Of a stretch of DNA of 64,000 bases, positions 1 through 12,789 are shown one piece after another; positions within the stretch are counted from its first letter, which is position 1; the number at the start of each line of letters is the position of its first letter. A program made the position numbers and the translations under genes. The DNA comes from Haplodiscus bocki (taxonomy: Eukaryota), in assembly GCA_965655095.1 (NCBI GenBank), contig OZ296650.1:122512001-122576000 (forward strand). Reading direction: 5' to 3'. Below the pieces are notes generated by a model. It was not told the origin of the DNA and searched no databases. It saw only the letters and a list, made by a program, of their open reading frames with translations.

Positions 1-2891
1 GTGCGAAAAAAATCAAATGGCACTTAATGCCTAACGAGTATCTCCCAAATGTGTCAAAAAGGTCGTTTTTTCACGGTTTTCATTAAATGAATAGAGCCTC
101 TGATGACGCAACAAAGTGCAAGTTCAAACGATTTGCTGCATTTATGGCTGAAATGTTAATTTGGATGTAAAAAATGGCTAAACCTAGCTGTTTAATCGCT
201 TAAACTTTAAAGTACGAAAGGTAAGATTTTGGACAATCGAAAGATTCTTCCAACCTCATGACTCCGTGACTAATTATTCTGGATTGGTGACAATGAAATT
301 GATTTGAATGGCAAAAGAGCAAAAGTTTGGGAAATAACGCGCAATTAGCCATTTTCTAAATATCTGAATGAAACCACTTCTTCGGAAAATGCCTTAAATT
401 TTTTTTGAAATTTCCATACCACTTTTTTTTATAGTTTTTAAAGCATATATAGCTGAAAAACGTATTTCGAAAGCAAAACAGTGAAAAACGAGAAAAATCA
501 CAAAACTAGGAAGTTTGGCTCACTTTAGAAACACTGAAAAAGCCAAAATTCAGATTAAAGTAGCAATATTGCCACCAAAAAATTCAAAGTTGACATTGTT
601 AACAAGGCGCCTTGAGGTGTTCGAACATCAAAGCGAAAAATCGAAGCGTAAGAATTAGGTTATTTTTTCAACCAATTTCGAGCTGTCAGTAAAACTGCTC
701 TAGATACCATCAATAAAAACTTCAACAAGAAGCACTGAGCACTTAACTTCGTGATACCGTTGAAAAAACTGAACACTCTGGAAAAAACGAAAACCGGTAG
801 TTTCGATAACTTTGCGTACACCAAAAAAAAACAAATTACGTAAATTTTCCGTGAAACCCTGCTTACGCAAAAACACAAGCTATTAGTGACATTCACAAAT
901 TACCTTAAATATTACTGTTGGTATGTGGATTACAAACACGACAATTTTTATGGATGATGGAATACGATTGAAGTTTACAGCAAAACTTGTATGGTAGTGT
1001 ATTTGGGCAAACCACCAACGGTACGTCAGCGAATCATAAAGGCAGTCAGCCAAACTATTTCACTATTTTACAATTTTGAAAAAGTCAATAGGTGTACCTA
1101 TGATACCGACCACCTACGGGCTCGATATCAAAAAGATATGAGAAGGTAAGTGAGTGAAAAGTTCGAAAAAATAAGGCAAAACTATCCACTTTTGTAAAAA
1201 AGAAAAACTGAGTTCTTTTCGGCACAATTACCTATGATTTTACACTTATGTTATCAACAATTTTTGCCCTTTGCAGCAAGAGCGCACAACATCGAGCAAA
1301 AATTGTGAACATGTATTAATTTGAAATAATATGCACAAAAATGTTAGGATAGGCAAAAAACTGGGCAAAATCAGAATAACAGCAATTTATGCCTAGTTTT
1401 TAGCCAACCAACTTCTAGTAGAAGCAAAGTTGACATGAAAGACAAAAGCGTGAAAATTCACCCAAAGTCGCGGAATTAGTCATTTTTGGGGTAAATTAAT
1501 ACATTGAAAACACTTTTTTAACAAAATTTGCCCAAATTCATAAAAATTTAACGTTTCGGATTGATATGTGCCGAATGCCTGGTTGATAAGCTGATTCGCA
1601 AGGCAAAAGAGCGAAAATTTCAAAAAACAGCAATCTTATTTAACTATTTTCGTACACCAAAAGCAAACTTGTTTTACTCGCGTTTTTTTTCAAAACCTTT
1701 TCCATTTTTTAAAAAGAATAGTTTATTTCAAAGGGGATTTTCCTATTTTCAGCCGGGGTGGTCGATTTTCAAGAGCATATTCACTGGTGAACAGGAAAAA
1801 AATCAAAATTAATTTGATTTGCTCGCTTTCACCGTTACTATGATGGTTCATATGGTCACTCCTGTAATCCCAAGCAGCTTTGCTAAATTTTGAGAAATTG
1901 TGAAAAAAATCCCAAATGTCGCACCAAAATCCTCATGTTGGGCGAAATTGCAAAATGTCCGGCAACAAAGCGTAAAAAAATTGAGTAACACTATAAATAC
2001 GTCGCAAAATTAAAATTTTCCGCCCAACGATAAGGGCCTTACTAACTTGGCTCGCTCGCCCTTAAAAAAGCTAGAAATAATCGGGTTTCAATACACATTC
2101 TTCCTTTCAGTCAGAATGTGTAAAAGAGGCGAAGTAGAACTTCGCAACACAAAGACTTGTCAGTTCAGATCGCGAATCCCCAAAGCCATTCGAATCCATG
2201 ATCGGAGATGACTGACACTTTCAGAAATAAACCACCAGCTGAGTGCAAGTCCAAAAAAATGCATGTTTTGGACAGGATAAAATAAAGCATAAGCCGGTTT
2301 CGATACACTCTTCCTTTCAATCAGAGTGTGGAAAACGTGACGCCTAAAATATGAGTGAACTTTCGATAGCACAAAAAGATGTACATTCCCTTCTGAGGTT
2401 CACTTTCTTACACGGTGGCACTTCTAAATTAGCAATTGGATTTTGATGTTCCAGTTTTCCATATACCGCGGACAAAGCTGTAGAATCAGCGCAAAACTGA
2501 CTCTTGCACATTTTGGAAGTTCATCAAAATAGCTTAGCTTTCAAATCTTCATTCACTAAACAGGGACTCGAGGCTAAGTGCGGCTTTCCTTGCCGATAGA
2601 ACAAGACTTCCAGAGCACGAAGATAGGAAAATTGTGAAGCTATTGTGTTCCACTTTCAGACTGTTTCGAGACCTATATATAACTCCCAGCAGCTATCGGC
2701 TTAATTTCAAGCTCACGTATTTCAAATCCATTCTTCTAACTTTCATCATTTTAGATTTCAAAAGCGGATAATTTTGAACAATGAAATGAAATATTGGATA
2801 ATTAAATCGAATTTTTCTTCAGGTATTAATTACTATGATTCATTATTTAAATTCAGTCGCTAATAGTAATTAACAGGAAAAATCAACTAAC

Positions 2892-3047
2892 ATTTGATTG
2901 ACGAGGAGTCGTTTGATGACACTTCAATATTAGGAAAAGTCATGGCGTTATGATTGGTAACGATGAGACAGGGACTCCCAAGTCGTTTAATATTGTGTAC
3001 CATTGTATAGCATCGCGAATTATTGACATCATTGGCAATTATGCATC
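2892..3047 (-). CDS. NSUN2: NSUN2/Trm4 tRNA (cytosine-5)-methyltransferase, exon 3 (not in ORF track)
   Basis: Minus-strand translation (G)CIIANDVNNSRCYTMVHNIKRLGSPCLIVTNHNAMTFPNIEVSSNDSSSIK matches the NSUN2 segment GxVIANDxDxxRCYxLVHQxKRLxSPCxxVxNH. Acceptor is ttttaag|ga and donor is t|gttagt. Phase 1 joins exon 2 (G+GA=Gly). Confidence 0.92.
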
Positions 3048-3397
3048 CTTAAAACAAATTTATTCTTCAACTAATGGAGTTAAATTGTTTTGTTTTCTGA
3101 TACTTACATTCGAGCCCGCATAAGCAGACCGGCTTTTCATTCAAAAATGTCGGAGACGGCCCACGTTAATATCGGCCGAGTGTGCAAAAATTTGGCTGCA
3201 TCGTCTCACAAAGCCAAATATTTCGTGTGAAATTTGCTTGGTCACTCGCCTTTCATGAAGAAATGTAGATACTTCTTGGAATCCAGGGTTGGCATTTTGT
3301 ATGTTAAATTAATAAAAAACAAACTTACTGTAATTTAACGAAAAAAAACCTGTTATTTATGCAAGAAATTTTGCAATGAAAGTTTTGTGCAATGAAA

Positions 3398-4941
3398 TCA
3401 CAACAAAGAATTGAATTGTCTGAAGAGAAACGCCAATTTCCCGGCCCTTTCCACTCCCAGTTGTGATCTCAGCTTTCCATATGTAAATCCGAGGGTTGAC
3501 AAACATCGCTCTAGCCCGGATGACGATGGGCATGCTCCAACCAATGATGATGCCAGTAAAAACAATTCCTTATCGAATCCCATCTTTTCACCAGCAATTC
3601 AACAGGCACGGGGAGACGTTATTGTAATTATCAGCAGAAAAGAAAGGAGAGTACGGAGCCATCTTCGCCAGGTATTTCGAGACCTCTTGGGCCACATCAT
3701 TCTTACATTCGTTGATGTACTCCATGGCCTTGCATAATTTCAGCATGACTCAGGTTAGAACCGCGGCATCGGTGATCCAGTAAGTCGGCTGCATAGAATA
3801 TCGGTTGTAAACTAGACCTAGTAGCAATTTTCGCAAATACTCCTCCGGGCACACGCTACGGAACTGAAACCATATGTCCATCACGTCCCAAAGATACACG
3901 CCGTCACTCTGCAACTTATTCAAGGCGATGCAAACGGGCTTCAATATTTTCAGAAGATCTTGCACACTTCTTTTTAATTGAATTTGTTCCGTATATCTGT
4001 ACAGGGTGTCTTGCGGTCCTAGTGTTTTCTCGGAAATCAGCGAGATATTTGAGCAATGGGTTGTGAAGTACTCCAAGGAATCCGGTAGAGAATTCCACCG
4101 AGTGTCGACGGGTAGCGAAGGTCTCGGCAATTTGAGCTCGACAGAATCAGCCTGGTGGTTTCTTAGATGTCTCAGAATAGAGGTAACCCTTTGAAGTACC
4201 ACTAGCATCTTTAGCCACCAAATTCATTGCAAGCGCTTGACAACCATCAGCGTGGAGCAAGGGCTCAGAAAGATACTGACACATGCGACTCATGTTGCTG
4301 GCATTGTCTGTAACAACTGAAGTTACTCTTACTCCCTATTCTTCACATTTCTTCGCCTCCGTGTTCACTACATTAATAAATACTCCGAAGGGTGTGATTC
4401 ACCAATAGTGTCAATAGTATTCGTCAAAAATACTCCCGCCTCTGTTGTAAAAGATTTTCCAATGACAGGATCATTAGTAATAGTTGACCATTCATCTGAT
4501 GCTACGGTAGTAAGGCAGTTTCCGAGATTTTTCTTAACCTCTTCTTTGTCTTGCTCGTACAGCTCATTTAGTATTGGTCCAGCTGATTTTTTTCCGATTT
4601 GGAATTCGTACCTCTGATCTCAAGAATCGAATCATTTTCTCAAATTCCTTTTTTCCACCTGTAGGAATGCTGAATTAGACGCAATAAAAAATCTTCCAAT
4701 TTGCAATTCACTTTCATGATCCTTCTCTGAATATTTTACGTCCAGCGTTGTTTGTTTCAATTTTTTCGGCGGTAAAAATTCTGGGTCAGTAGAATTTGCA
4801 GTGACCCACGACTTCCAGTGCCTAGCCATTTATTCAGGATTTGCAACAACTGTATCGCCACATGCGTCTTATTCAACTCGGATGGCACCATCGATCTTTA
4901 CCTCCTTAAAAAGGATCCACACATCTCTTCCGTCTGCCCAT
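3398..4941 (-). pseudogene. hAT-superfamily transposase, frameshifted
   Basis: Fragments across frames: ATG at 4941 (MGRRKR...), SDEWSTITNDPVIG (DGW-like), SVVTDNASNM, CQALAMNL (CxxH-like), VDTRWNS, and a C-terminal dimerisation motif PSSSGLERCLSTLG...KLRSQL...KL. Confidence 0.88.
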
Positions 4942-4989
4942 AACGCCACAACAACTCCCCTCTGAAATTGAACATGTATTGTTAGTCGA

Positions 4990-5253
4990 CCGACAGCGTT
5001 AGGTAAACATACTTGCATTTCTGAGAAAAATACTAGTGATGTTCAATATTGTTAGAAATGATAAATAACCTTGTAAGTTAAATTGTATGTTTGATAACAA
5101 TGTTAAATAACATTGTTAAATAACGGCCGACAGCGTTAGGTAAACATTCTTGCATTTCTGAGAAAAATGCTAGTGGATGTGTTAACTATTGTTAGAAATG
5201 ACAAATAACCTTGTAAGTTAAATTGTATGTTTGATAACAATATTAAATAACAT
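4990..5253. repeat. Two-copy direct repeat, period ~137 bp, upstream of the hAT transposase start
   Basis: ccgacagcgttaggtaaacat...ttaaataacat occurs at 4990-5113 and again at 5127-5253. Confidence 0.9.
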
Positions 5254-6110
5254 GCAAACTCTGGTGGAATCTGCAAGAAAACAAGCCCGGAAAGCTCAAG
5301 GTGTCGCCAGCGAATCAGGTCGCTTAAATTGAAAGCGCAAAAAAAATCAAAAATGACGCCATTTCCGAGTAAGTGCTAGCAGCGTGAGCGAAGAATGAAG
5401 TCTCGATTATCTAATTGGACGACTCTGATCACAATGCTTTCACACGAAGCTTATATTTGTCAGAAATATAGTACTGATTTTGATTAAGTCAACTCCAGAG
5501 CAAAAGCTGAGCAACTTCGGAGCTTATTTTCTTACAGCACAATGATTTTACGAGGAAACACATTTTCATAAGCTTTGAAATCAGACCATGGTTGAAAAGT
5601 TATGACTACTCCGACTTTGTCCATTCTGACACAATTTTAGGTTTTTCTAGAAAAACTCGTAAACCACAAAAAAGGCCGGAAACACTCAGAAACACTTTTA
5701 TAGCTTATAATTTCTCCCAAAACCTTTCACTTCCACAAATTTCTGCAATAATGAAAATTTCAGAAGCTTACTCTACTCAGCTGAAGTGAAATTTTTATAC
5801 ATTCAACCGTAATAAGGTTGATCATCATCAGAGTTCAATTTCAGGAAATTGTCACGCCCAAACATTTTAGTAGAAGTTGAAAACTGCAATAGAGTGTGTA
5901 CTGAGTCTTTATACGTTTCTCGAGGGTTAGGAATTTGAAATTTTACAACCGGGATAAAAAGATATTCCAACCTTGCAAGAATGAGTTTTCAAAAAAAAAG
6001 AAAATCTGGGTCAAAATTGCTGAACATGGCTTTGGAGAAATTGTTAACATTCACTTGGGTGCATTAACCCTAAATGAATGAGAGTAAGAAATAAGAAAGC
6101 CCTTTTTCTT

Positions 6111-6628
6111 TTGCGCCATATTCTTTAGAAGATGGAAAGCAAAATATTCCTCTCAAATACGTGCGTTTTTTACCCGATATTTGCCAATTGAGCTCGCGTT
6201 GGATACGATGTTGGCTCGCGTGAAAATTTTTTGCTAAGATTGCCACGAAGGACAAAACAAGCCACAAATGCTAACATTGCAGAGGTTGCCAATATTGCCG
6301 AGGCTGAAAAAGTAATCTTCTCAAAACGTTCAAACTTTGGTTCATTGTTGGAAAAATAGGTTGGTTTTTCGGAGAAAAACTTGAATTTTACCCAAAATCG
6401 CTAAAGGTGGCAAATTCGCTATAGAATGCGTACCATTCTTTTATTCCTTAAAAATATCTTCCACCTTATTTATGAGGTGTTTTTGGCAAAAAATCTGAAA
6501 CTTTTGCACGTTGAAAAACTAGAAACTATGATGAAGGTGTTTTTTCGTGAAAAAAAACGTTTTCATCTTTTCAAAAGCATTGTTTACAAAAACGGCGCAA
6601 AATATGCCGTTGGCAGCCGGCCGTCTTT
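6111..6628 (+). mobile_element. Helentron/Helitron2-like non-autonomous element (HINE-like) nested in the piggyBac
   Basis: Homologous to 52130-52649. Left end ttgcgccatatt, right end aatatgccgttggcagccggccgtctttt. Internal ~9-bp tgccaagat-type repeats and T-rich flanks. Confidence 0.65.
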
Positions 6629-7460
6629 TTGGAATTGCAAATACGTATCATTTACAATTTCTACAGTTCATGCGACGCCAACATGAGCTGCCGACTGCAT
6701 GGTTTTCATTCTTAATTTCTATTGGTTGACGAAGCCCTCAGATAAAATTTGCTCAAATAAAACCTCTTTAAAATTCTGACGACATCTTTTTAGGACCCCT
6801 TTGAGAACTACTCGGTTGAATTTAAGTGTGAATAAATCCAATTTCGGCAAGAATTAGCCTAAAGTTACAAATCTCAGCACACTGAAACCACAAAATCGTT
6901 CGATTCAGCTGGTGATACGATAACATCTAGTGAATAACTGGTTCCAGATCGTACTTTTAGGCAAAGAAGCGATTGGTTCAAAATTGCACTGAGTAACTTT
7001 ACACTAATTTTTTTTGGGAAAAGTTACAAACTTATATTTTAACACTGTTCATCATTTGTACGCAACAGATTAAATGTATGAGGAATTTGAATGCACTGTT
7101 TTCTGGTCAACTGGAGAACGATATGTTAATTTATTGACAGAAACTGTAAGCACTGTGATGTGAAGCATACAGCAGTGCAGACATGACCCAAACAGGAGAG
7201 GCTAGGTACAGAAAAATTCCGACTTCCCGACCTAAGAAGTCGCATGGGACGACGGGACATAAAAAGTGGTTGATTTGAAGCACCTCTTGCCAATGAATTC
7301 AAACTATTTAAATCAAGATCTAAGTTGGTTGGCAAATGATTCTTGCCATGCCATCGTTGAAAAAAGCAGCTACCCCATGGCATATATAGCAACAACTGTG
7401 CAAAAAAGTTAACAGACAAGGTTTTACGGACATGACCGGAAGAGTGGGCTGAAGACAGCA

Positions 7461-8950
7461 GTGAAAATGAGTGGAGATAGCACAGTTGAAGAAAGTGATC
7501 AGGATCTTCCTCCATCCTTAAAACAGCAAGACACAAGTTTGTCTGAACTATCGGGTTCTTGGAGGAGTCTCAGGTCCGAGAGAAACCAAGCGGCTACATT
7601 CTTCGAAGCATATCATGGAGACCCCCTAGTGCGCAGTCCTTCGGAGTACTTCAGAGAATACTTCGATTCTCTTTCGGAATCTTCATAAAACAATTTCTTA
7701 CAGACTGAGCAGAAATATCAACCCCTCCTTCAATGTCTGTCAAGGGACTTGAAAAATACATTGGAATAACAAATTTCATGATGTTGGTCAAAAAATGCAT
7801 CGCGAAAAATTTGAAAGCATTAGAGCCAGTCTGCACGCCGAAGATGAGAAATACAGCGGGCGGACCAAAAAGTTTCAGCTTATTGTATATCGCTTCAATG
7901 AAGTTTTTGGGCAATTATAGACGGAAGAAAACATTTCCATAGACGAACAAATAATTGCTCCTCAAGGTACCAAATCTAGCCTCAGACAGTACAATCCGAA
8001 AAAAAACGAAATGTGGGTGGAAAATTTTGGCTCTTTCGGGGCGCTCTGGACTGATCCATGCCATTGAATTTTATGGACAAGCTGTGGACATACCACATGG
8101 AGAGGAAAAGTCAAGTCATATACCACGAAAGAGAAACTTGAAATTGTATTTTGACAATTATTTCAATTCTCCAGCGGTTCAAATAGCCCTAGGATTGAAA
8201 CAAAAATGGACCACAGGGACACAGTATATAAACCGAGCACCAGCTTTAAATATTGATAACAGCCCCAAGCCACAGTGAGGTACATAGATGAGCAAAGTTC
8301 AGAAAAAGCAAAAAATTACTTTGTTCGCAACCCGGTGGTGGGATAACGAACCAGTTATAATACTCAGTACAGTCGTGTCCTCTGACCCAAAAGCGGCTGT
8401 GAAGCGATTCGACAAGGCCTCTCAAAAGTATCGAAGCATTGAAGCACCAGTTTGCATTTGCGTCTTTGACAAACATATGGGCTACGTCGACGAAATTAAC
8501 TCGTACTCTGGGAGATTTAAAGTTACAACCCATTGGCCAGCCAGAGTACACAAGGAAATTTTCTCAACATTATTGCCACGGACTGTTGGATTCAGTATAA
8601 GCAAGACTAAGGGATAAATCATGTTTCGAAAGAGCCGGTTTTCGTAGTACAATTCCAAGGCACGTTTAGCAGAAAGTTTGTGCTTGACAGACGTGGCTAT
8701 GGTTCATAGCAGGCGCTCCAACATGGAACAAAGCATTTAAAAGCGCAAATGCCCCAGTCCGTGACCATACACACCTGATGACTTACGTCTAGACGATGTC
8801 GGCCATTGGCCTGTGAGTGTCGGAAATTTAAAACGAGGCGGAATTTGTCGTATACCGGGTTGCAAGATCAAACCAGTAACTAAATGAAGCAAATGCAATG
8901 TTTCTGTGCATCACAGCTAAGGACTGCTTTTTGACGTTTCACATCGTCAA
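7461..8950 (+). pseudogene. piggyBac transposase (PGBD2/3-like), fragmented
   Basis: Motifs SIDEQII, RQYNPKK..CGWKILALSGRSGLIH, LYFDNYFNS, WWDNEPVIILST and KHMGYVD, plus a C-terminal RLDDVGHWP...PGCK...CNV Cys-rich remnant. Many stops and frameshifts. Confidence 0.88.
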
Positions 8951-10711
8951 AAATCCGTAAAAAAAACAAGAAAAAATCTACTTTTGTACTTTGTTTGTGA
9001 CCGAAGAGTACGGTTTCGCACTCTTCAGTAACTAGGTAGCGTTCCGTACCTGAATTGAATGCACCCAATGAGTACAAATTTAGAGTTGTAATACACGCAC
9101 ATCGAAATCGAATTGAAACTTTTTGCTTCGGATTGTTTTTTCCCAAATTTCCAAATCAAAATTTATATATAGGGTGTCCCAAAATAATAAAATGAAAGCT
9201 TCTCGTCCATTTAGGGTTAAGTTATCTGTCAACCTAGCCGCTAAACATCTTCAAAAGTGCAAAATTCACTCGAAATGATGAAACTTGAGGGTATCAAACT
9301 TTTGGCGTTCTTGTCCCATTTCGAAGAAATGAAAGCTTTTGACAGCTTACCAAAAACCTAAAAAACTTGGTTCCTAATACTTTCTTGAGAACATTCCAGT
9401 TTTGGGCATCAAAAACTTCAATTTTTGCTCAGTTCACCTAATTGAAATCTGTACTGTACAACAATGATTTTAATCAACAGAGCTCCTGCGCAAAAGAGCG
9501 TATTCGAAACGCCAAACATCAAGGTAATAAGTTTACACAAAAAAAATAGGTGCATGCAAAGTTTCATAGACCTTTGATAATGTTAAGAACGTTTATATGT
9601 AATTAAAAACGGACAGATGTGCGAACAGTTTGAGACCCCTCTTTTTAGGCCTTTTCCGACACTTTTCCACATTTTGCATGTTTTCAGGGATTAAATCTAT
9701 TTGTTTTCTGGATTTTCCGGGTTGGTTAGTTTTGCCAGCATTCCCCCAAGGGCATGGAATTTTTAATGAAATATATTTCCGTTTTAGAAAATTGACGTTT
9801 TTCAGATGCCGAAAAAAATTGATTTACATGTATTAAGATGGGGTTTAGCGATTTCACTTCCCTCTAGGAGTGAACATTTTGATTGATTTTTCAACACTCG
9901 TAAAAACGTCAGATTCATAGCTAGAAAATTGTATCTGGAAGTTTTTCTTAACCTTTTGTGGATTGCTGAGAAACTGTCAGAAACCGGGGGTCAGTCCAGT
10001 CAAATCGCGGTATCAGCGTAACTACAGAGTGAATAAACTTGCGCCACAAGGAGCATTCTTTACGTAAATGCGTAAAAACGTAAATTACGTAATATTTTGG
10101 TTTTGAGAATTAACTTTAAGCAACGAACAACCTAAAAACCTAAGTTCAAATCGATATTGCACAGCGCCAGTAGGAGTTCGATTATCGCCAGATTCTTTTA
10201 TGAAGACTACGGCAAAAGCATAGGTATTGAAGAGCTTAACACAAAGCTGTTAATCAAATGGAACCACATTTGGATTGGCTAACTGGATCGAAAGAAAGAC
10301 TATGTGCAAGCGTCGACAAGAATTCATTGATACTAGAAAGAGCATAGAGGCGACGCTGTAGCTCCCAAACACACGCCGACCAGAGGAAAAATGCGGAAAA
10401 CAAGACGACAATTAATGTGACAAATAAGAATATTTGAACCTACGTACTTTGAATCTGAGCTCGCTCAGACTACCACACAAATACCTGATATCTATTAATA
10501 AACAGTGATGCTCAACCTAGCTTGAAGAAGCGAGTGAAAGTTGGTGTATAACAAGAGGTGCAGCAGCGCTGCAATATTTTCTGTCAACAGTGGGTCTGAA
10601 ATGGTTCAAAAGTGAAGTTGCTGAAAATATCAAGAAGAAAATCAACCTAAGATGAGAGGAGGCTCGCTCTTAACTAAAAAGTACAGTATCAGACAAGAAC
10701 TCGCGTTCTCA

Positions 10712-10915
10712 AAAGTGACTTCTAAGTATCCAGAGGGACATTTTGAGGAAAAATCACTTTTTTTTGAAAATTATTTTCGGAATTTGAGCCAAAAAATTTC
10801 GACAGGGTTGCCAAAACTACATTCTGCGTGTCCACAGAAACATTTCGGGAAAAAATTGAAAAAAAAAATATTTTTCGTATTGTGAGCTACAACTTTTGGC
10901 TGGTGTCCAAAACTG
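10712..10915. repeat. Degenerate ~90-bp satellite-like unit; related sequence at ~44670-44790
   Basis: Recurring ttcta(a/c)gt(a/g)tcca...catttt...ttttcggaatttgagc...aaaact motif. Confidence 0.45.
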
Positions 10916-11199
10916 TTTTTATCGATCCCACATTTCAAAAATGTAACAATTAGACATACTTAGTTCAGCTTGCCACCATAACAATAGCAAAAAAGACGGC
11001 GGGGAATTTGAAAACCCCGGACACTTTGATGTCTATGAAACCGTATTAAAAGCCTTCTGACGTAAATGGAAAGTCGCAGCGCATCAACTACTCCGAGATT
11101 GTGTAGAACTTCGTCTGATATGAGTTGCTGAACCTTTTCTTTTAACAATCGGAAGATGAACAGAAAAAAATCACTCGGGTCGTATTCTTAAAAGAGCCA

Positions 11200-11520
11200 A
11201 CTAAAAATCAATAATATATATTTCATCTCAATCTATTTGGTCGACGAAACTAATTTTCACGCAATCAAAATGAGCATATTCGAAACACCTTGCTGCAAAA
11301 TTCAGCGGACATTTCCTCATTTGAAGGGGAAAAATTATTTCCATTATTTGGATACGCCACTCACCATAGGAAAATTTATAAATTGTTCAAATCAACCATC
11401 GGAGTATCAAGCCTTTTTGAGAAGCCTTTTGGAAAAACGGCATGAAATGCAAAAAGTAGCGATCGACTAAGGTCTAGATGAACAAGAGAGAACGAGAACC
11501 ACTAATCGAGAAAAACTATT
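11200..11520 (+). pseudogene. Possible Ty3/Gypsy RT-connection remnant
   Basis: HAIKMS...IGKFIN...LRSLLEK loosely resembles the AIxxM...KFIxN...LRxLLxK pattern of Gypsy pol. Very degenerate. Confidence 0.3.
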
Positions 11521-11799
11521 TTCAAAATCCAAAACGGTCTACAAAGGAATGTCTGGCATTTTGAACAATTTTTTTACCAACAAGTATTTCAAATAAAATT
11601 AAAACACCCAACTTCTTCTAACTTGAAGTACAGCCGTGCTAGACATAATCAGCTTTTGATTACGTAACCCCTCAAACAAAATCGAAGTGTTCGTTTAAGA
11701 GAAGACCTCGGAAGTCAGCTGAACTCCCAGCAAACAGTAAGTTCTGGAAGTTTGACACCATTCTCGAAGGAAAATTACGCAGACTCTTATCAACACTTT

Positions 11800-12700
11800 C
11801 GGGTCATTTGTGTCCCGTATTCTAATGTTCGGCTTCCCAGAAAATCCAAAATTCTAATGACAGTACTTCTTGTTTCTTTTGTAAATCGGGCACAGTTATT
11901 AGGAGGTCATTCAATGACCTGGATGCTGCCATACCAGTAGACTCCATCTGCAGTGCAATTGTCTTTAATTTTACGAGTTTATGCTGGTCGCGTATTTCTT
12001 CAACAATTCAATCTTCCTTACGACAAAGCATCAAATCAATTAGAGAAGGTATTCTACAGAAATGCTTTAGCGCAAAATATCTTTCCAATAACCAGCAGAT
12101 ATCTGCTGCAATCTGCATAGATTTCAGCTTCCCAAAGAATTGATTTATTTTTTATTTCGCAAATGGCAGGTTAATGTGGTTTCAACCATTCCATATCAAC
12201 AATTAGGCGATGTGGCTGGCAACCGATCAGAAGCGATTCACTCAGGCCTGCAACGGCCTCATTGGTTTCGCAATTGTCAGCTGTCACAGCCAAAACGTTC
12301 CCAACCCTTCTTTCCTGTTGAGCACTATTTCCAACACATTGAACTGTTCGCTAGCTGATAGAGAAGCCTCATGAACAATGGTGGGAAAGGTAAAAGAAGA
12401 GTTTCATAATGGGTGTCATTAGAACGATTACAATCTCCGAGTGAGTAGAGCTTGATGTCAAGCAGTGCAATATTACAGCCAAATGATTTGCAAGCGCTTT
12501 GATAGTTTTCATTTCAACTTTGACAACTGGTATATGCATATAACTTTCCGAAAAACGACTAATGTTTTTCAAGCTCCACATTAGTTCTTGTATAATTGCT
12601 TTCCTTGAACGAAAAAAGCAATTCAGAGTAGTCCCAATCAAGTCAGTCATGTACGAGTTCACTTTTTTTGCACTGCATAAAACTTAGAGCAGCCTGATTC
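11800..12700 (-). pseudogene. Second hAT-type transposase relic (different subfamily)
   Basis: Across frames: VEMKTIKALANHLAVILHCLTSSSTH (the DGWT..STH region), LAVTADNCETNEAVAGL...IGCQPHRL (DN and GCxxH motifs), ERYFALKHF and TIALQ. Confidence 0.65.
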
Positions 12701-12789
12701 GACCTCGTACTTTTTGCATAATTATGCTAGGTTAGATTTGACGTCACTGCTGCCGAATCCAAGCAGTATAAAACAGTACACCAGATCAA

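Larger units (their letters stand above)
3284..5975 (-). mobile_element. Candidate boundaries of the hAT element
   Basis: cagggttggca at 3284 pairs imperfectly (9/11) with ttccaaccttg at 5965-5975. The flanking 8-mers (ttggaatc / caagaatg) match only 4/8, so the TSD is not confirmed. Confidence 0.35.
6068..9216 (+). mobile_element. piggyBac DNA transposon with both ends, decayed
   Basis: TTAA at 6064-6067 followed by ccctaaatgaatgaga; tctcgtccatttaggg followed by TTAA at 9217-9220. The TIRs match 14/16 and enclose a piggyBac transposase relic. Confidence 0.92.

Noticed and set aside
960-1035. FADVP on the minus strand as a candidate NSUN2 exon 4
   Set aside because: Continues LVVCP rather than CSGDG; coincidental.
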